Below are positions 16,003 to 25,685 of a DNA stretch of 54,027 bases, piece by piece. This DNA comes from an uncultured Burkholderiales bacterium (lineage in GTDB: Bacteria; Pseudomonadota; Gammaproteobacteria; Burkholderiales; SHXO01), in the NCBI GenBank assembly GCA_964386195.1, contig CAYLTE010000004.1, positions 1-54,027 on the forward strand, given 5' to 3'. Every line of letters starts with the position of its first letter. Position 1 is the stretch's first letter. The notes under the pieces are model-generated. The model made no database searches. It saw nothing but the letters and a program-made list of their open reading frames with translations, and had not been told where the DNA came from. A program made the position numbers and the translations under genes.

Positions 16003-18501
16003 ATGTGCTGCTGTGTACGGACTCGCCCTACAATGGCAGCGGCTCGGGCCGCGTCCCGACAGGAGAACCGTTTGAGCGTAGTGCAGGACCTTCAGGAGGC
16101 CCGATACCGCACCCTGGTGGAGCATGCCCCGGAGGCGATCGTCGTGCTCGACGTCGACCTCGGCCGCATCGTGGATGCCAATCAGAACGCGCTGGGCCTG
16201 TTCGGCCTGTCGCGCGAAGAGCTCTACCGCCTGGGCCCGGCCCAGCTGTCGTCGCCGATCCAGCCTGACGGGCGCGAGGCCGCGGAACTGGCCGCGCAAT
16301 ACGTCGCGCGGGCGATGAAGGGCGAGGCGCCGGTGTTCGAGTGGGTGCATCGCAATGCCGCCGGCGAGGACATCGTGTGCGAGGTACGCCTCGTGCGCCT
16401 GCCCGACGAGCACCGCGCGCTGGTGCGCGGCAGCGTCATCGACATCACGCAGCGCAAGCGCGTCCTGGCGGCGCTGCGCGATTCCGAGGCCAAGTTCGCC
16501 ACGATCTTCCGCAACTGCCCGGAGGCGATCTCGATCACCACCGAACGCGACGGGGTCTACCTCGACGTCAACGAGGCGTTCGAGCGTGTCACCGGGTATT
16601 CGCGCGCGGAGGTGCTGGGTCGCTCCGCGCTCGACCTCGGCATGTGGGCCGACAATCTGGAGCGTCGCGCGCTGATCGAGAGTCTGACGCGCCAGACCCG
16701 GGTCGAGGGTTTCCTCGCGCACATTCGCCGGCGCGACGGGGAGGTGCGCGTGAGCCAGATGTCGGCGGAGCGAGTGGAGGTCGAGGGACGCCCCTGCCTG
16801 GTGGTGATCTGCCGCGACGTGACCCAGCAGAAGCGGCTGGAGGACGAACTGCGCCTGGCCGCGCGCGTGTTCGAGAGCACCGACGAGGGCATCGTCGTCA
16901 CCGATCCGGCCGAGCGGATCATCGCGGTGAACCCCGCGTTCGAGCAGATGAGCGGCTATCGCGGCGAGGATCTGCGCGGACAGCGCATCTCGGTGCTCGC
17001 CTCCCGGCGCCACGACCCGCGCTTCTTCGCGCAGATCTGGGAAAAGGTGCACGCCACCGGCCGCTGGCAGGGGGAACTGTGGGCGCGCAACCAGGCCGGG
17101 GAGGAACTGCCCTACCTGATGACCATGAGCGCGGTGCGCGACGACGAGGGCGCGGTGATCAACCACGTCGGCGTGATGCGCGACATCTCGCACATCAAGC
17201 GCTCGCAGGAGCAGCTGGAATACCTGGCGAACTACGACGCGCTCACCGGTCTGGGCAATCGCAACCTCTTCATGTCCCAGCTCAAGGTCGGTCTGGACCG
17301 CGCTGCCCGCCACCACCGCCGGCTCGCGCTGATCTTCATCGATCTCGACAACTTCAAGGGCATCAACGACACCCTCGGCCACGACACCGGCGACCAGCTG
17401 CTGGCCGAGGTGGCGCGGCGGCTGAAGGCGAGCGTGCGGCAGGAAGACGTGGTGTGCCGGCTGGGTGGCGACGAGTTCACGGTGTACGTGGAGGATTTCG
17501 CCGACCCCGAGGCGCTGGTGAGCACCGCGCAGCGTCTCGTCCACTCGATCTCGGAGCCCTATCAGCTCGGCCAGCACCGCCTGGAGGTGACCGCCAGCGT
17601 CGGCATCAGCATCTACCCGAACGACGGCACCACCATCACCGAGCTGATCAAGAACGCCGACACCGCGATGTACAAGGTGAAGGAGCACGGCCGAAACGGC
17701 TTCCAGTTCTTCCGCGAGGACATGAACGCCCGGGCCTTCGAGCGCATGGTGTTCGTGTCCGGCCTGCGCCGCGCGCTCGAGCGCGGCGAGTTCCGGCTGG
17801 TCTACCAGCCGCTGGTGGCGCTCGAGTCGAACGCGCCGCGCGGCGCGGAGTGCCTGCTGCGCTGGAAGCATCCCGATCTGGGGGAGGTCTCGCCCGGCTC
17901 GTTCGTGCCGGTGGCGGAGGAGACTGGCCTGATCCTGCCAATCGGCGAGTGGGTGTTCAAGCGCCTGGCCGAGGAGATGCACCAACTCGACGACGCATTG
18001 GGCGGGCGGGTGGCGGTGAACCTATCGGCGCGCCAACTGCGCGAGGGCAAGTTGATCGACCAGCTGCTGCTGGCGCTGCAGAGCGCCGGCATCGACCCCC
18101 GGCGGCTCGGCGTGGACGTGCCCGAAGCTGCGCTGCTGGACGATTCGGATCGCACGGCCGAAGCGCTGCGCCGGCTCAAGGCCAGCGGCATTGCGGTGAC
18201 CATCGACGACTTCGGCACCGGCTACTCGTCGCTGTCGCACCTGAAACGCTTCCCCATCGACTGCGTCAAGATCGACCGCAGCCTGGTGCGCGACATCGGC
18301 ACCGACCCCGACGACGCCGCCATCGTCGCCGCCATCATCACCATGTCGCGCAGCCTCGGCCTGGATGTGGTGGCCGAAGGCGTGGAAACGCGCGAGCAGG
18401 TCGACTACCTGCGCACCCACGGTTGCAGCGCGGCCCAGGGATACCTGTTCAGCCGGCCGCTCACTGCGCAGGGGCTGGGGGAGTGGCTGCAGGCGCGTTG
18501 A
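16003..18501 (+). CDS. signalling protein with three PAS domains, GGDEF and EAL domains
   Basis: 832 aa. Three PAS-like blocks (YRTLVEHAPEAIVVLD, KFATIFRNCPEAISIT, RVFESTDEGIVVTD). GGDEF at 17464-17478 (RLGGDEFTVY). EAL domain with an ECL variant (ECLLRWKHP), DDFGTGYSSL, KIDRSLV and EGVET. The start is uncertain (ATG 16003 or 16033). Confidence 0.85.
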   Translation: MCCCVRTRPTMAAARAASRQENRLSVVQDLQEARYRTLVEHAPEAIVVLDVDLGRIVDANQNALGLFGLSREELYRLGPAQLSSPIQPDGREAAELAAQYVARAMKGEAPVFEWVHRNAAGEDIVCEVRLVRLPDEHRALVRGSVIDITQRKRVLAALRDSEAKFATIFRNCPEAISITTERDGVYLDVNEAFERVTGYSRAEVLGRSALDLGMWADNLERRALIESLTRQTRVEGFLAHIRRRDGEVRVSQMSAERVEVEGRPCLVVICRDVTQQKRLEDELRLAARVFESTDEGIVVTDPAERIIAVNPAFEQMSGYRGEDLRGQRISVLASRRHDPRFFAQIWEKVHATGRWQGELWARNQAGEELPYLMTMSAVRDDEGAVINHVGVMRDISHIKRSQEQLEYLANYDALTGLGNRNLFMSQLKVGLDRAARHHRRLALIFIDLDNFKGINDTLGHDTGDQLLAEVARRLKASVRQEDVVCRLGGDEFTVYVEDFADPEALVSTAQRLVHSISEPYQLGQHRLEVTASVGISIYPNDGTTITELIKNADTAMYKVKEHGRNGFQFFREDMNARAFERMVFVSGLRRALERGEFRLVYQPLVALESNAPRGAECLLRWKHPDLGEVSPGSFVPVAEETGLILPIGEWVFKRLAEEMHQLDDALGGRVAVNLSARQLREGKLIDQLLLALQSAGIDPRRLGVDVPEAALLDDSDRTAEALRRLKASGIAVTIDDFGTGYSSLSHLKRFPIDCVKIDRSLVRDIGTDPDDAAIVAAIITMSRSLGLDVVAEGVETREQVDYLRTHGCSAAQGYLFSRPLTAQGLGEWLQAR

Positions 18502-19921
18502 CGCGTACGCTGTCCGTGTACAAGCGGTAGGCGAGGTAGTACTTCGAGATGTTCGACACGTACTGCACCGGTTCTCGGCCGATGTGCTGAAGCGTGACCA
18601 GTTCCACGTTGTCGAACCACACGTTGGGGTCGAGCCCGTGCTCTTGCGCCAGCCGGCGCATTCGCCGGATGTTGCCGGGCCCGGCGTTGTATGCCGCGAA
18701 CGAGAAGTAGGTGCGGTTCAGCGGGTCGATCTCGGGCGCGCTGAAGTACTGTCTGCGCAGGATGTCCAGGTATTTGGCCCCCGCGTGAATGTTCGGCTCC
18801 ACCTTCCGGATGTCGCCTACCTTCAACGCGTTGCCCGTGTCGGGCATGACCTGCATGATGCCGATGGCGCCTACCGCGCTGCGCGCATCGTTGTTCAGCC
18901 TCGATTCCTGGTAACCCTGCGCCATCAGCAGGAGATGGTCGAAGTCGTAGCGGGTGGCGTAGTGTTCGAACAGGTCGACCAGCGACTCGAAACGTGACCG
19001 GCCGTGATGATCGAGCGCGCGCTTGGCGAAGTGCGCGTCCTGCAGGTAGCGCTTGCGCCGCGCAAGTCCGGTGACGTTGTCCTTCTCGACGAATCGATCC
19101 AGATAAGCGCGAAGCTGCGGGTTGTCCTTGCGCACCGCCCACGCGATCTTGCCGTGATCGATCAGTGCATCGTGTTCGTTCACCACGATGTTGGGAAACA
19201 GATGCGCCCACAGTTGCGCGCGAAAGCGGTAGGTGACGGTGGCCGGAATCAACCCCGCGTCGACCATCTCCAGCAGTTCATCGTCGGAGAGGTGTTCGTC
19301 GGCAGCGACGAGTTTCATCGCCGGCTTGCCAGAGGCGGCAATGCGCCCGTTCAGTTCCAGCAGGGTCTGGTGGAAACCGCTCGACCGGCGGATGTGGATC
19401 GTCCTTCCCGCCAACGCGTCCAGCCCGTCTGCCGGCGTGTCGCCCTTGTGGGTGACGAGCACCTCCTTCGCCTCTGCGGTGAACGGAGTGGTGAAGTCGA
19501 CGCGCTCGCCGGCAGCACGGGTGACGAGCATCGGGCTGGCAACGAGGTCGCCGTACCCGGCCTCGAGCTTCTGGTAGAGCTGGTCGTAGGGAACGGCGAC
19601 GATCGTGACGCGGATGGGCAGGCGGCGTTCCCTGCGATGGTTCCTTTGGCCGGTATCGACGCTCGGGGCAAACTGCGCGTTGAGGGCTGCCTCGAGATCG
19701 GTGAGCAGTTCGTAGACGATCCCCGTCTGCCGGCCCTCGACCACCTCGTATTCGGTGCGGCTGTGCGCCACCAGCGCACGTACCTCCCGTCGTGCAAGCA
19801 TGTGGTCGAGATCGCCTCGGTCTTGACGAGCGGCGGTGAGCAACAGGGGGTCGGCGCCATAGGCAGAAGTGCCCAATATGAGCGTGAGCCAGAATGCTAC
19901 GCACGCGAGTGCATGGTTCAT
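18461..19921 (-). CDS. mltF: membrane-bound lytic murein transglycosylase F-like protein (solute-binding-like domain + SLT domain)
   Basis: 486 aa. Signal peptide, N-terminal periplasmic-binding-protein-like region, and a C-terminal SLT motif (LLMAQGYQESRLNNDARSAVGAIGIMQVMPDTG...AAYNAGPGNI). Confidence 0.8.
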   Translation of the reverse strand: MNHALACVAFWLTLILGTSAYGADPLLLTAARQDRGDLDHMLARREVRALVAHSRTEYEVVEGRQTGIVYELLTDLEAALNAQFAPSVDTGQRNHRRERRLPIRVTIVAVPYDQLYQKLEAGYGDLVASPMLVTRAAGERVDFTTPFTAEAKEVLVTHKGDTPADGLDALAGRTIHIRRSSGFHQTLLELNGRIAASGKPAMKLVAADEHLSDDELLEMVDAGLIPATVTYRFRAQLWAHLFPNIVVNEHDALIDHGKIAWAVRKDNPQLRAYLDRFVEKDNVTGLARRKRYLQDAHFAKRALDHHGRSRFESLVDLFEHYATRYDFDHLLLMAQGYQESRLNNDARSAVGAIGIMQVMPDTGNALKVGDIRKVEPNIHAGAKYLDILRRQYFSAPEIDPLNRTYFSFAAYNAGPGNIRRMRRLAQEHGLDPNVWFDNVELVTLQHIGREPVQYVSNISKYYLAYRLYTDSVRVNAPAATPPAPAQ

Positions 19922-20067
19922 GACGGAGTTCGTGCAGGTGAGCGCAATAGTATGCAGACAGTATGTCGTTTATAGTGTAGCGCCCGTTTCCCGCTCTGCC
20001 CGAGGCCGGCGAGCGACACGGCGTCGCCCTCGTCACTAGTCCACCGCTCGTCAGGAGAAACTTCGTC

Positions 20068-20622
20068 ATGATCACGAAAGCATTCGTTGCAGCACTGGCG
20101 CTGTTCGTCTGTGCATCCGCGCATTCGCAGCAGGAGAAGCCGGGTGCCGTCCTCGCTCAGGGCGCCGACACGGTGGTGCAGATCAGGGCGGTGGATCACG
20201 AGGCCCGAACCGTCACGGTCGCGACGCCTGCCGGCCGGCTGCTGAAATTCAACGTGCCGCCGGAGGCGCAGAACCTCGACCAGGTCTATGCCGGTTCGCG
20301 CTTCCGTGTTGCTTATCTCGAATCCGTCGCATTGTTCATCAGCCCGGTCGGCGGGACGCCGGCAGTGGGCGAAGCCACAGCCGTGAAGATGGCCGACAAG
20401 GGCGATACGCCAGGCGGAACGATCGTGGAGGTCAAGCAGATTCAGGCGCTCGTCGAATCGATCGATTACGGAAGCCGGCGCGTGGTGCTCACGGGGCCGG
20501 AGGGCCACCACATCGAGGTCACGGTGGACGAGGCGGTTCAGCGTCTCGACGAGATAGAGGTCGGCGATCTCGTCGTCCTGCGCTACACCGAAGCACTCGC
20601 CATGCGCATGATCCGGGAGTGA
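20068..20622 (+). CDS. secreted protein with two tandem ~65-aa repeats (unassigned family)
   Basis: AGGAGA RBS 9 nt upstream. Sec signal MITKAFVAALALFVCASAHS. The internal duplication ends in ...VGDLVVLRYTEALAMRM. It is a paralogue of 50320-50877. Confidence 0.7.
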   Translation: MITKAFVAALALFVCASAHSQQEKPGAVLAQGADTVVQIRAVDHEARTVTVATPAGRLLKFNVPPEAQNLDQVYAGSRFRVAYLESVALFISPVGGTPAVGEATAVKMADKGDTPGGTIVEVKQIQALVESIDYGSRRVVLTGPEGHHIEVTVDEAVQRLDEIEVGDLVVLRYTEALAMRMIRE

Positions 20623-20804
20623 CGCCAGCGCGCCGGCAGCGGATCGTAGTCAGGGTGTCGAAACGCGCTGCCAAGTCGAGCTCCTGCACACTCACGGCCG
20701 CACCGCTGCGCAGGCCTGCCTCTTCAGCCGGCCCATGACGGCGGAGGGGCTGCGCGAATGGTTCGGGAACAGCACCACCCGCTCGCCTGGGCCTTGGGAG
20801 CGAC

Positions 20805-22316
20805 TCAGATTCCAGGTGCGGGCAGTCGGCCCAATACCTTTTCCACTGCCATACCAAGTGCCAGCAGCTCGCGGTCGCGCCATTGCGGCCCGTCGAACTC
20901 GAGCGCGACCGGCAGGCCAGAGGCAGTGAGGCCGGCTGGTAGCACTAGGCCCGGGATGCCGGCGGTGTTGCCAGGGACAATGTTGCGGGACAGAGCCAGG
21001 AATAGGGGCATGGTCTTGCCGTTGTGCTCGACTTCCGCGTCCTGTCCAATTGGCGTTGCCGGAAGAGGCGTCGCCGGGAAAACCGCGGCTACCACGCCGT
21101 GCAGCTTGAAATAGTCCCGATAGGCCTTCTGTGCCGCGGGCCAGTGCACCTTCACTGCCTCTTCGTACGTGGCGCGGGGCACTGCCTGGGCGCCGCCTTC
21201 CAGCGCAAATGTCTCTAATGCCCATCGGACACCGGGACTAGCGGCGTCGATCAACTGACGAACGCTCATCCCGGAGTGGTAGCTGTCCAGGTAGGTCTGC
21301 AGGGAAGGGATCGTCTCGTAGAGCAGGATCGACCAATTCGCTGCGCTGCTGAGCTTGCCGATGTCCGGCACGTCGGCCTCGATCAGCACGGCGCCGCTAT
21401 CGCGCAGCTTTCCCAGCGTCTCCTCGGCGATACGTGCCACTTCCGGATCAAGATCTTCCCAGAAGTAGGCGCGCGGCACGCCGATCCGCGTGCCCGCCAA
21501 GCGCGGCGGATTCAGGGGCGTTCCATCTCGCGTAATCACCGAATCGATGAGGGCAAGATCCCGCACCGAGCGCGCGTGCGGTCCGACCTGATCGAATTTA
21601 GGAGTGATCGGCACGACACCGCTCTGCGGATAGCGCGGTGTGGTGGGGCGCAGTCCAGCGATGCCGCACAAGGCGGCCGGTACACGGATCGACCCGCAGG
21701 TGTCCTCCGCAAGCCCGCACGGCGCCATGCGTGCCGCCACGGCCGCGGCCGTTCCGCCGCTGCTGCCACCCGGGATGCGGTTGGGGTCGTAGGGGTTGCG
21801 CACCGGCCCGAACGCCTCGTTGTTGCTGGTGTAACCGTATGACAGTTCGTGCAAATTGGTCTTGCCTAGCACAATGCCGCCGGCCCGCCTGAGCGCGGCC
21901 ACAACGGTTGCATCGCGCTGCGGCCGGTAGTTGCGAAGCGCGTTCGTTCCAGCCGTGGTCGGATAGTCCGAGGTGTGAATGCTGTCCTTGACTGCCAGCG
22001 GCAGCCCGTGCAGCGGCCCTAATGCCGCGCCTCCGCTACGCGCACGGTCGGAAGCGCGCGCCGTCTCAAGCACCAGCTGGGAATCCAGCGAGATGAACGT
22101 GTTGAGGTGGCGCAGCTCCTCACAGCGGGCCAGCAGGGCGCGGACATAGTCCTCGGAGCGAATCTCCCCCGTCTGCATGGCGCGCACTGCCTCCACCGCA
22201 TCAAGATCCGTCAGGGCGCTGTTTGCCCAGGCGCGGGTTGGGCACAGCGGCGCAAGGGTCATGGCGGCGGTGCCGGCCAGGAAGTCTCTACGACTAAAGC
22301 GTGAATGCTGATTCAT
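20805..22316 (-). CDS. amidase-signature-family amidase with twin-arginine signal
   Basis: 503 aa. Tat motif SRRDFLAGTAAMTLAP...AWA. Amidase signature GGSSGGTAAAVAA and upstream LAVKDSIH. GGAGGAG RBS. Confidence 0.85.
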   Translation of the reverse strand: MNQHSRFSRRDFLAGTAAMTLAPLCPTRAWANSALTDLDAVEAVRAMQTGEIRSEDYVRALLARCEELRHLNTFISLDSQLVLETARASDRARSGGAALGPLHGLPLAVKDSIHTSDYPTTAGTNALRNYRPQRDATVVAALRRAGGIVLGKTNLHELSYGYTSNNEAFGPVRNPYDPNRIPGGSSGGTAAAVAARMAPCGLAEDTCGSIRVPAALCGIAGLRPTTPRYPQSGVVPITPKFDQVGPHARSVRDLALIDSVITRDGTPLNPPRLAGTRIGVPRAYFWEDLDPEVARIAEETLGKLRDSGAVLIEADVPDIGKLSSAANWSILLYETIPSLQTYLDSYHSGMSVRQLIDAASPGVRWALETFALEGGAQAVPRATYEEAVKVHWPAAQKAYRDYFKLHGVVAAVFPATPLPATPIGQDAEVEHNGKTMPLFLALSRNIVPGNTAGIPGLVLPAGLTASGLPVALEFDGPQWRDRELLALGMAVEKVLGRLPAPGI

Positions 22317-22402
22317 CGAAGGCTCCTCCTCGATACGTGTCTGAGCGTAACGATTCTAGAGGGAGCGCCCGTACCGATTGATTACCGTTAGCGAGCAGGC
22401 GA

Positions 22403-25400
22403 TCACGCCGCACCCAGGCTCTGCACCAGTTTCTCTGTAGCCCTCGACGGCGGAATTCCGAGCGTGACAGACAGGGTTCTGCGCAGTCGACGGTAGACGA
22501 TGATGCAGTCGGAGTATCGACCAGTCTGCAGATGGCATCGCATCAGTCCGCGATAGAAATCCTCTGTGAGATCGTCGATCTCGATCCCGCGGGCGTAATA
22601 GTCAGCAGCAGCGCCGTGCTGACCGGTTGCCTCCAACTGCCGGCCGCACTTATCGACATAGGCGATGAACTTCGCCCGCAGACGTTCGCGTGCCGAGAGC
22701 GACCAGTGTGACTCTTCCTCGCCGGGGAGAAAATGGCCGCCATACAGCGCGAGAACAGGATCCGCCTGGGCAGTGACCTCCTTGTCCGGTCCTGCGGCTG
22801 CTTTGGCCGCCAACACCGCCACGTCGATCGCGCATAGCCGACGGTTGAGTGAGATCAACCCGTTCTCGACCGCAACCACATTCGGTGCCCTCAGCATCGC
22901 CCGCAAGCGATGCATTGCGACCCGCAGCGACTCCATGGCGGCATCGCCTTCCTCGTCGGGCCACAGCGCGTCCATCAGCTTGCGCTCCGGCACGTTCCCG
23001 CAGCCGAAGGCAATGATGGCCTTTAGGAGCGAGAGCGGCTTGCGGGGCGACTTGCGCGGGAATGTAAGAGGCCTGCCATCAAGGCAAACCTCGAATGTGC
23101 CAAGCGTGCGCACCCGCACCGGATACGGCCAGGTCCACAGATCGTCGCCCGGCGGCTGGATGCGCAGCCGGTCGATCAGGCTCGAGACGAAGTCGGTCTC
23201 GATGCCCGCTTCCAGGCAGTGGGCGAACAACTCGGGCACCAGCTTGGGAAGCGCGCGATGCCCGAAGCTGTAGCCTTGCTCCCGGGAAATCGCCATCCCG
23301 GCGACTAATGGTCCCCGCGCAGCGACAGTATCGCCGGCTCTCAGATGCAGGTAGCCTTCGAGCAACAGGACTGGGGCTTCGTACCGACGAAAGCACGTTC
23401 CTGCCAGGAGGTGGCGCATCTGCGCCAGATGCGCGCGGGCCTCCTCCCGCCGTCCGCTCTCTGCGAGCGCGAAGACCAGCGTAATGCGGTGGCAGATGCG
23501 CATCCACGTCAGGCCCGCCTGATCGGCATGCGCGACAGCGGCAAGCGGATGCTCGACACAGTCCGCGGCGGAACCGCTGCGGTGTGCGGCGACCACGAAC
23601 TGCGAATAGCGAAGATTCGACAACACCACGCTCTTCCCTGGCATCACGGCATGGGACAGGGCCGCAGACGCGCGGGCCGACTCGTCGTGCCTTCCCATCG
23701 CCGCGCACAGACACGTTTGCCAGGCGAGCCGGACGCAATCCGCGGCGCGAAATCCGTTCTCTGAGATGATCGCCCCCGCCTGCTCGAAGGCTTCGAGACC
23801 CTGCTTGTCGTCCCCCAACTGGAACAGATAGCTACCGAGCCTGATCAACCACCAAGTCCTGCGGAAAGGCGAAACGGTGTCCGTTCGTGCGACCTGGTTC
23901 AGTACCTGAACTACATCCCGTCCTGGTTCCAGGTCGAGGGTCGCTGTGCAGTAGGTCAGTAGGCATGTACCACCCTTCAGGCGGAGGTCAGCATTCCCGT
24001 CTTCCAGCAGCAGCTGCTTGAGGGCGCCAACACATTTGTCCACCAAGGGATTCTTGGGGTCTCCAAAAATGGCAGCGACAAGCGCGCTGGAGTAGGCGTG
24101 CAAGCGCAGATCCGGCGACAGCGCCCGTTCGTGCAGTTCGAGCAGATCGTTCAGACGGTGCAGCCAGGCGGCGAGAAACGCGTATCCCTCAAAGTAGCCG
24201 AAATAGGTTTCGACCAGATCTGCTGCGCTGAGCACCTCTCCCACCGGATCTCTCTGCGTGCTAAACGCCTCGAAGGCTCGCGCGAGGCGCTCGCGTGCAA
24301 TCGTCGGGTTGTCCGGCAACACTGACGCGCCGTACCAGTACTGCAGCCACGCCCTCTCGGCCACGACGGATTCGGGCAACAGGTCCAGCCAGTGGGCGAG
24401 AGTACGGGCGCGGCCTTGCTTCAGGAGGTTCTCTCCCTGCTGATGCACCAACTCAACCGCGTCCCCCCAGGCGCGCGCTTCGCACAATAGGGAAAAGGCA
24501 GCCTCGCTTTCGCCGTGCTGCGCGCCGATCTCGGCGGCGCGGCGAAGCAGATCCTGGCGTGACTTCTCGGACGAGGAGCTTCGGAAACGTTGGAGAAGAA
24601 ACTCGCGGAACAACGCGTGAAACTCATACCGCGGCTGGTCGTCTCCACGCCGGTGGGTGAACAACTGCTTGCGGTACAGATGTTCGAGAAGTGCGCCAGC
24701 CTGGGGGTCGCCGCTAAGCCCGATAGCCATGGGCGCGGTCACGGACGGCAGCAGCGCCGCGAGCATCATGGTGCACCGGTCGCCCTCGCTTGTCTGATCG
24801 AAGAACTCGCTCGCGAAATAGGCAAACACATCCTCTTTCGAATCGGATACCGTCCATTCCTCGAGGACTCCGCCGCGCCGGGCGCGTTCGAGGATCAGGG
24901 CTAAGCCTGCGGCCCAGCCATCGCACTGCTTGAGGGCCTGTGCTGCCAATGCCGGGGCAATGCCGTGACGCTCGGCAATGGCCTGCGCCTCGGAGGCAGT
25001 CAAGCGCAGGTCTGGCCAGTCGATGACGCTCAGTGCGCCGGCAAGACAGCCGGCAAATGCCGGTGGCGGCGGCTCTCGGCTTATTAACACCACGCTCATC
25101 CCCTCTGGGACGTGCACAAGCGCCTGAACCAGCAACCGCTCCGTGTCTCCCCCTCTCGCGATCTCGTGGCAATTGTCGATCACCAGCACGTCGGCCTCGA
25201 GCCGCGAGAAGAGGTCTCTGAAGAAGCGCCGGCCGAAGGATTCGAGATCGGCGAGGTATTCGGGGGTGAGCAGAGGCAGCTTCTGCCCCGATTCGCTGAC
25301 GGCCTGGCCGAGGAAGTAACAGAAGCTTGCCGGGTCGAGGTCCTGAGCGTCGGCCTGGTACCACAGGCACCGCGCGCCTACGGACTCCGCATAGCTGGCA

Positions 25401-25555
25401 ACAAGGGTGGTCTTTCCTGCGCCTGGAGGTCCGCACACCCACACCGCCGCATGACTGCGCCGAGCTTCCAGCAACTCGAACAGGCGGGTGCGCGGCATTG
25501 CACCATAGAGGCGCGGCCGGGTCAGTTTCGCGGGTCGCTTGGTCGGACGGCGCAT
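22403..25555 (-). CDS. large STAND-type regulator: MalT-like N-terminal ATPase, helical/TPR-like middle, C-terminal OmpR-type wHTH + BTAD
   Basis: 1050 aa. Walker A VCGPPGAGKTT and Walker B VLVIDNCHE. DGWAAGLAL as in MalT. The C-terminus has VRVRTLGTFEVCLDGRPL...RKPLSLLKAII (wHTH), then LYGGHFLPGEE...DFYRGLMRCHLQTGRYSDCIIVYRRLRRTL (BTAD). Confidence 0.85.
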   Translation of the reverse strand: MRRPTKRPAKLTRPRLYGAMPRTRLFELLEARRSHAAVWVCGPPGAGKTTLVASYAESVGARCLWYQADAQDLDPASFCYFLGQAVSESGQKLPLLTPEYLADLESFGRRFFRDLFSRLEADVLVIDNCHEIARGGDTERLLVQALVHVPEGMSVVLISREPPPPAFAGCLAGALSVIDWPDLRLTASEAQAIAERHGIAPALAAQALKQCDGWAAGLALILERARRGGVLEEWTVSDSKEDVFAYFASEFFDQTSEGDRCTMMLAALLPSVTAPMAIGLSGDPQAGALLEHLYRKQLFTHRRGDDQPRYEFHALFREFLLQRFRSSSSEKSRQDLLRRAAEIGAQHGESEAAFSLLCEARAWGDAVELVHQQGENLLKQGRARTLAHWLDLLPESVVAERAWLQYWYGASVLPDNPTIARERLARAFEAFSTQRDPVGEVLSAADLVETYFGYFEGYAFLAAWLHRLNDLLELHERALSPDLRLHAYSSALVAAIFGDPKNPLVDKCVGALKQLLLEDGNADLRLKGGTCLLTYCTATLDLEPGRDVVQVLNQVARTDTVSPFRRTWWLIRLGSYLFQLGDDKQGLEAFEQAGAIISENGFRAADCVRLAWQTCLCAAMGRHDESARASAALSHAVMPGKSVVLSNLRYSQFVVAAHRSGSAADCVEHPLAAVAHADQAGLTWMRICHRITLVFALAESGRREEARAHLAQMRHLLAGTCFRRYEAPVLLLEGYLHLRAGDTVAARGPLVAGMAISREQGYSFGHRALPKLVPELFAHCLEAGIETDFVSSLIDRLRIQPPGDDLWTWPYPVRVRTLGTFEVCLDGRPLTFPRKSPRKPLSLLKAIIAFGCGNVPERKLMDALWPDEEGDAAMESLRVAMHRLRAMLRAPNVVAVENGLISLNRRLCAIDVAVLAAKAAAGPDKEVTAQADPVLALYGGHFLPGEEESHWSLSARERLRAKFIAYVDKCGRQLEATGQHGAAADYYARGIEIDDLTEDFYRGLMRCHLQTGRYSDCIIVYRRLRRTLSVTLGIPPSRATEKLVQSLGAA

Positions 25556-25685
25556 TGCGAGGTAACCTTTGGCAGCAACCGGTCATCGAACGAGGCCAGC
25601 ACGCAGCCATCATAATGTGATGCACAGGCCGGTCAAGCCGAGGTGAGAGACCCGTTATATCGGCATGTGTGCCGCATCGCCTGCG

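Noticed and set aside
22403-25555. The STAND ATPase as an antiviral (Avs-like) defence protein.
   Set aside because: It has no nuclease, protease, TIR or other effector domain. The N-terminus is MalT-like and the C-terminus is a DNA-binding wHTH plus BTAD, so a transcriptional activator is the simpler reading. No other defence genes are nearby.
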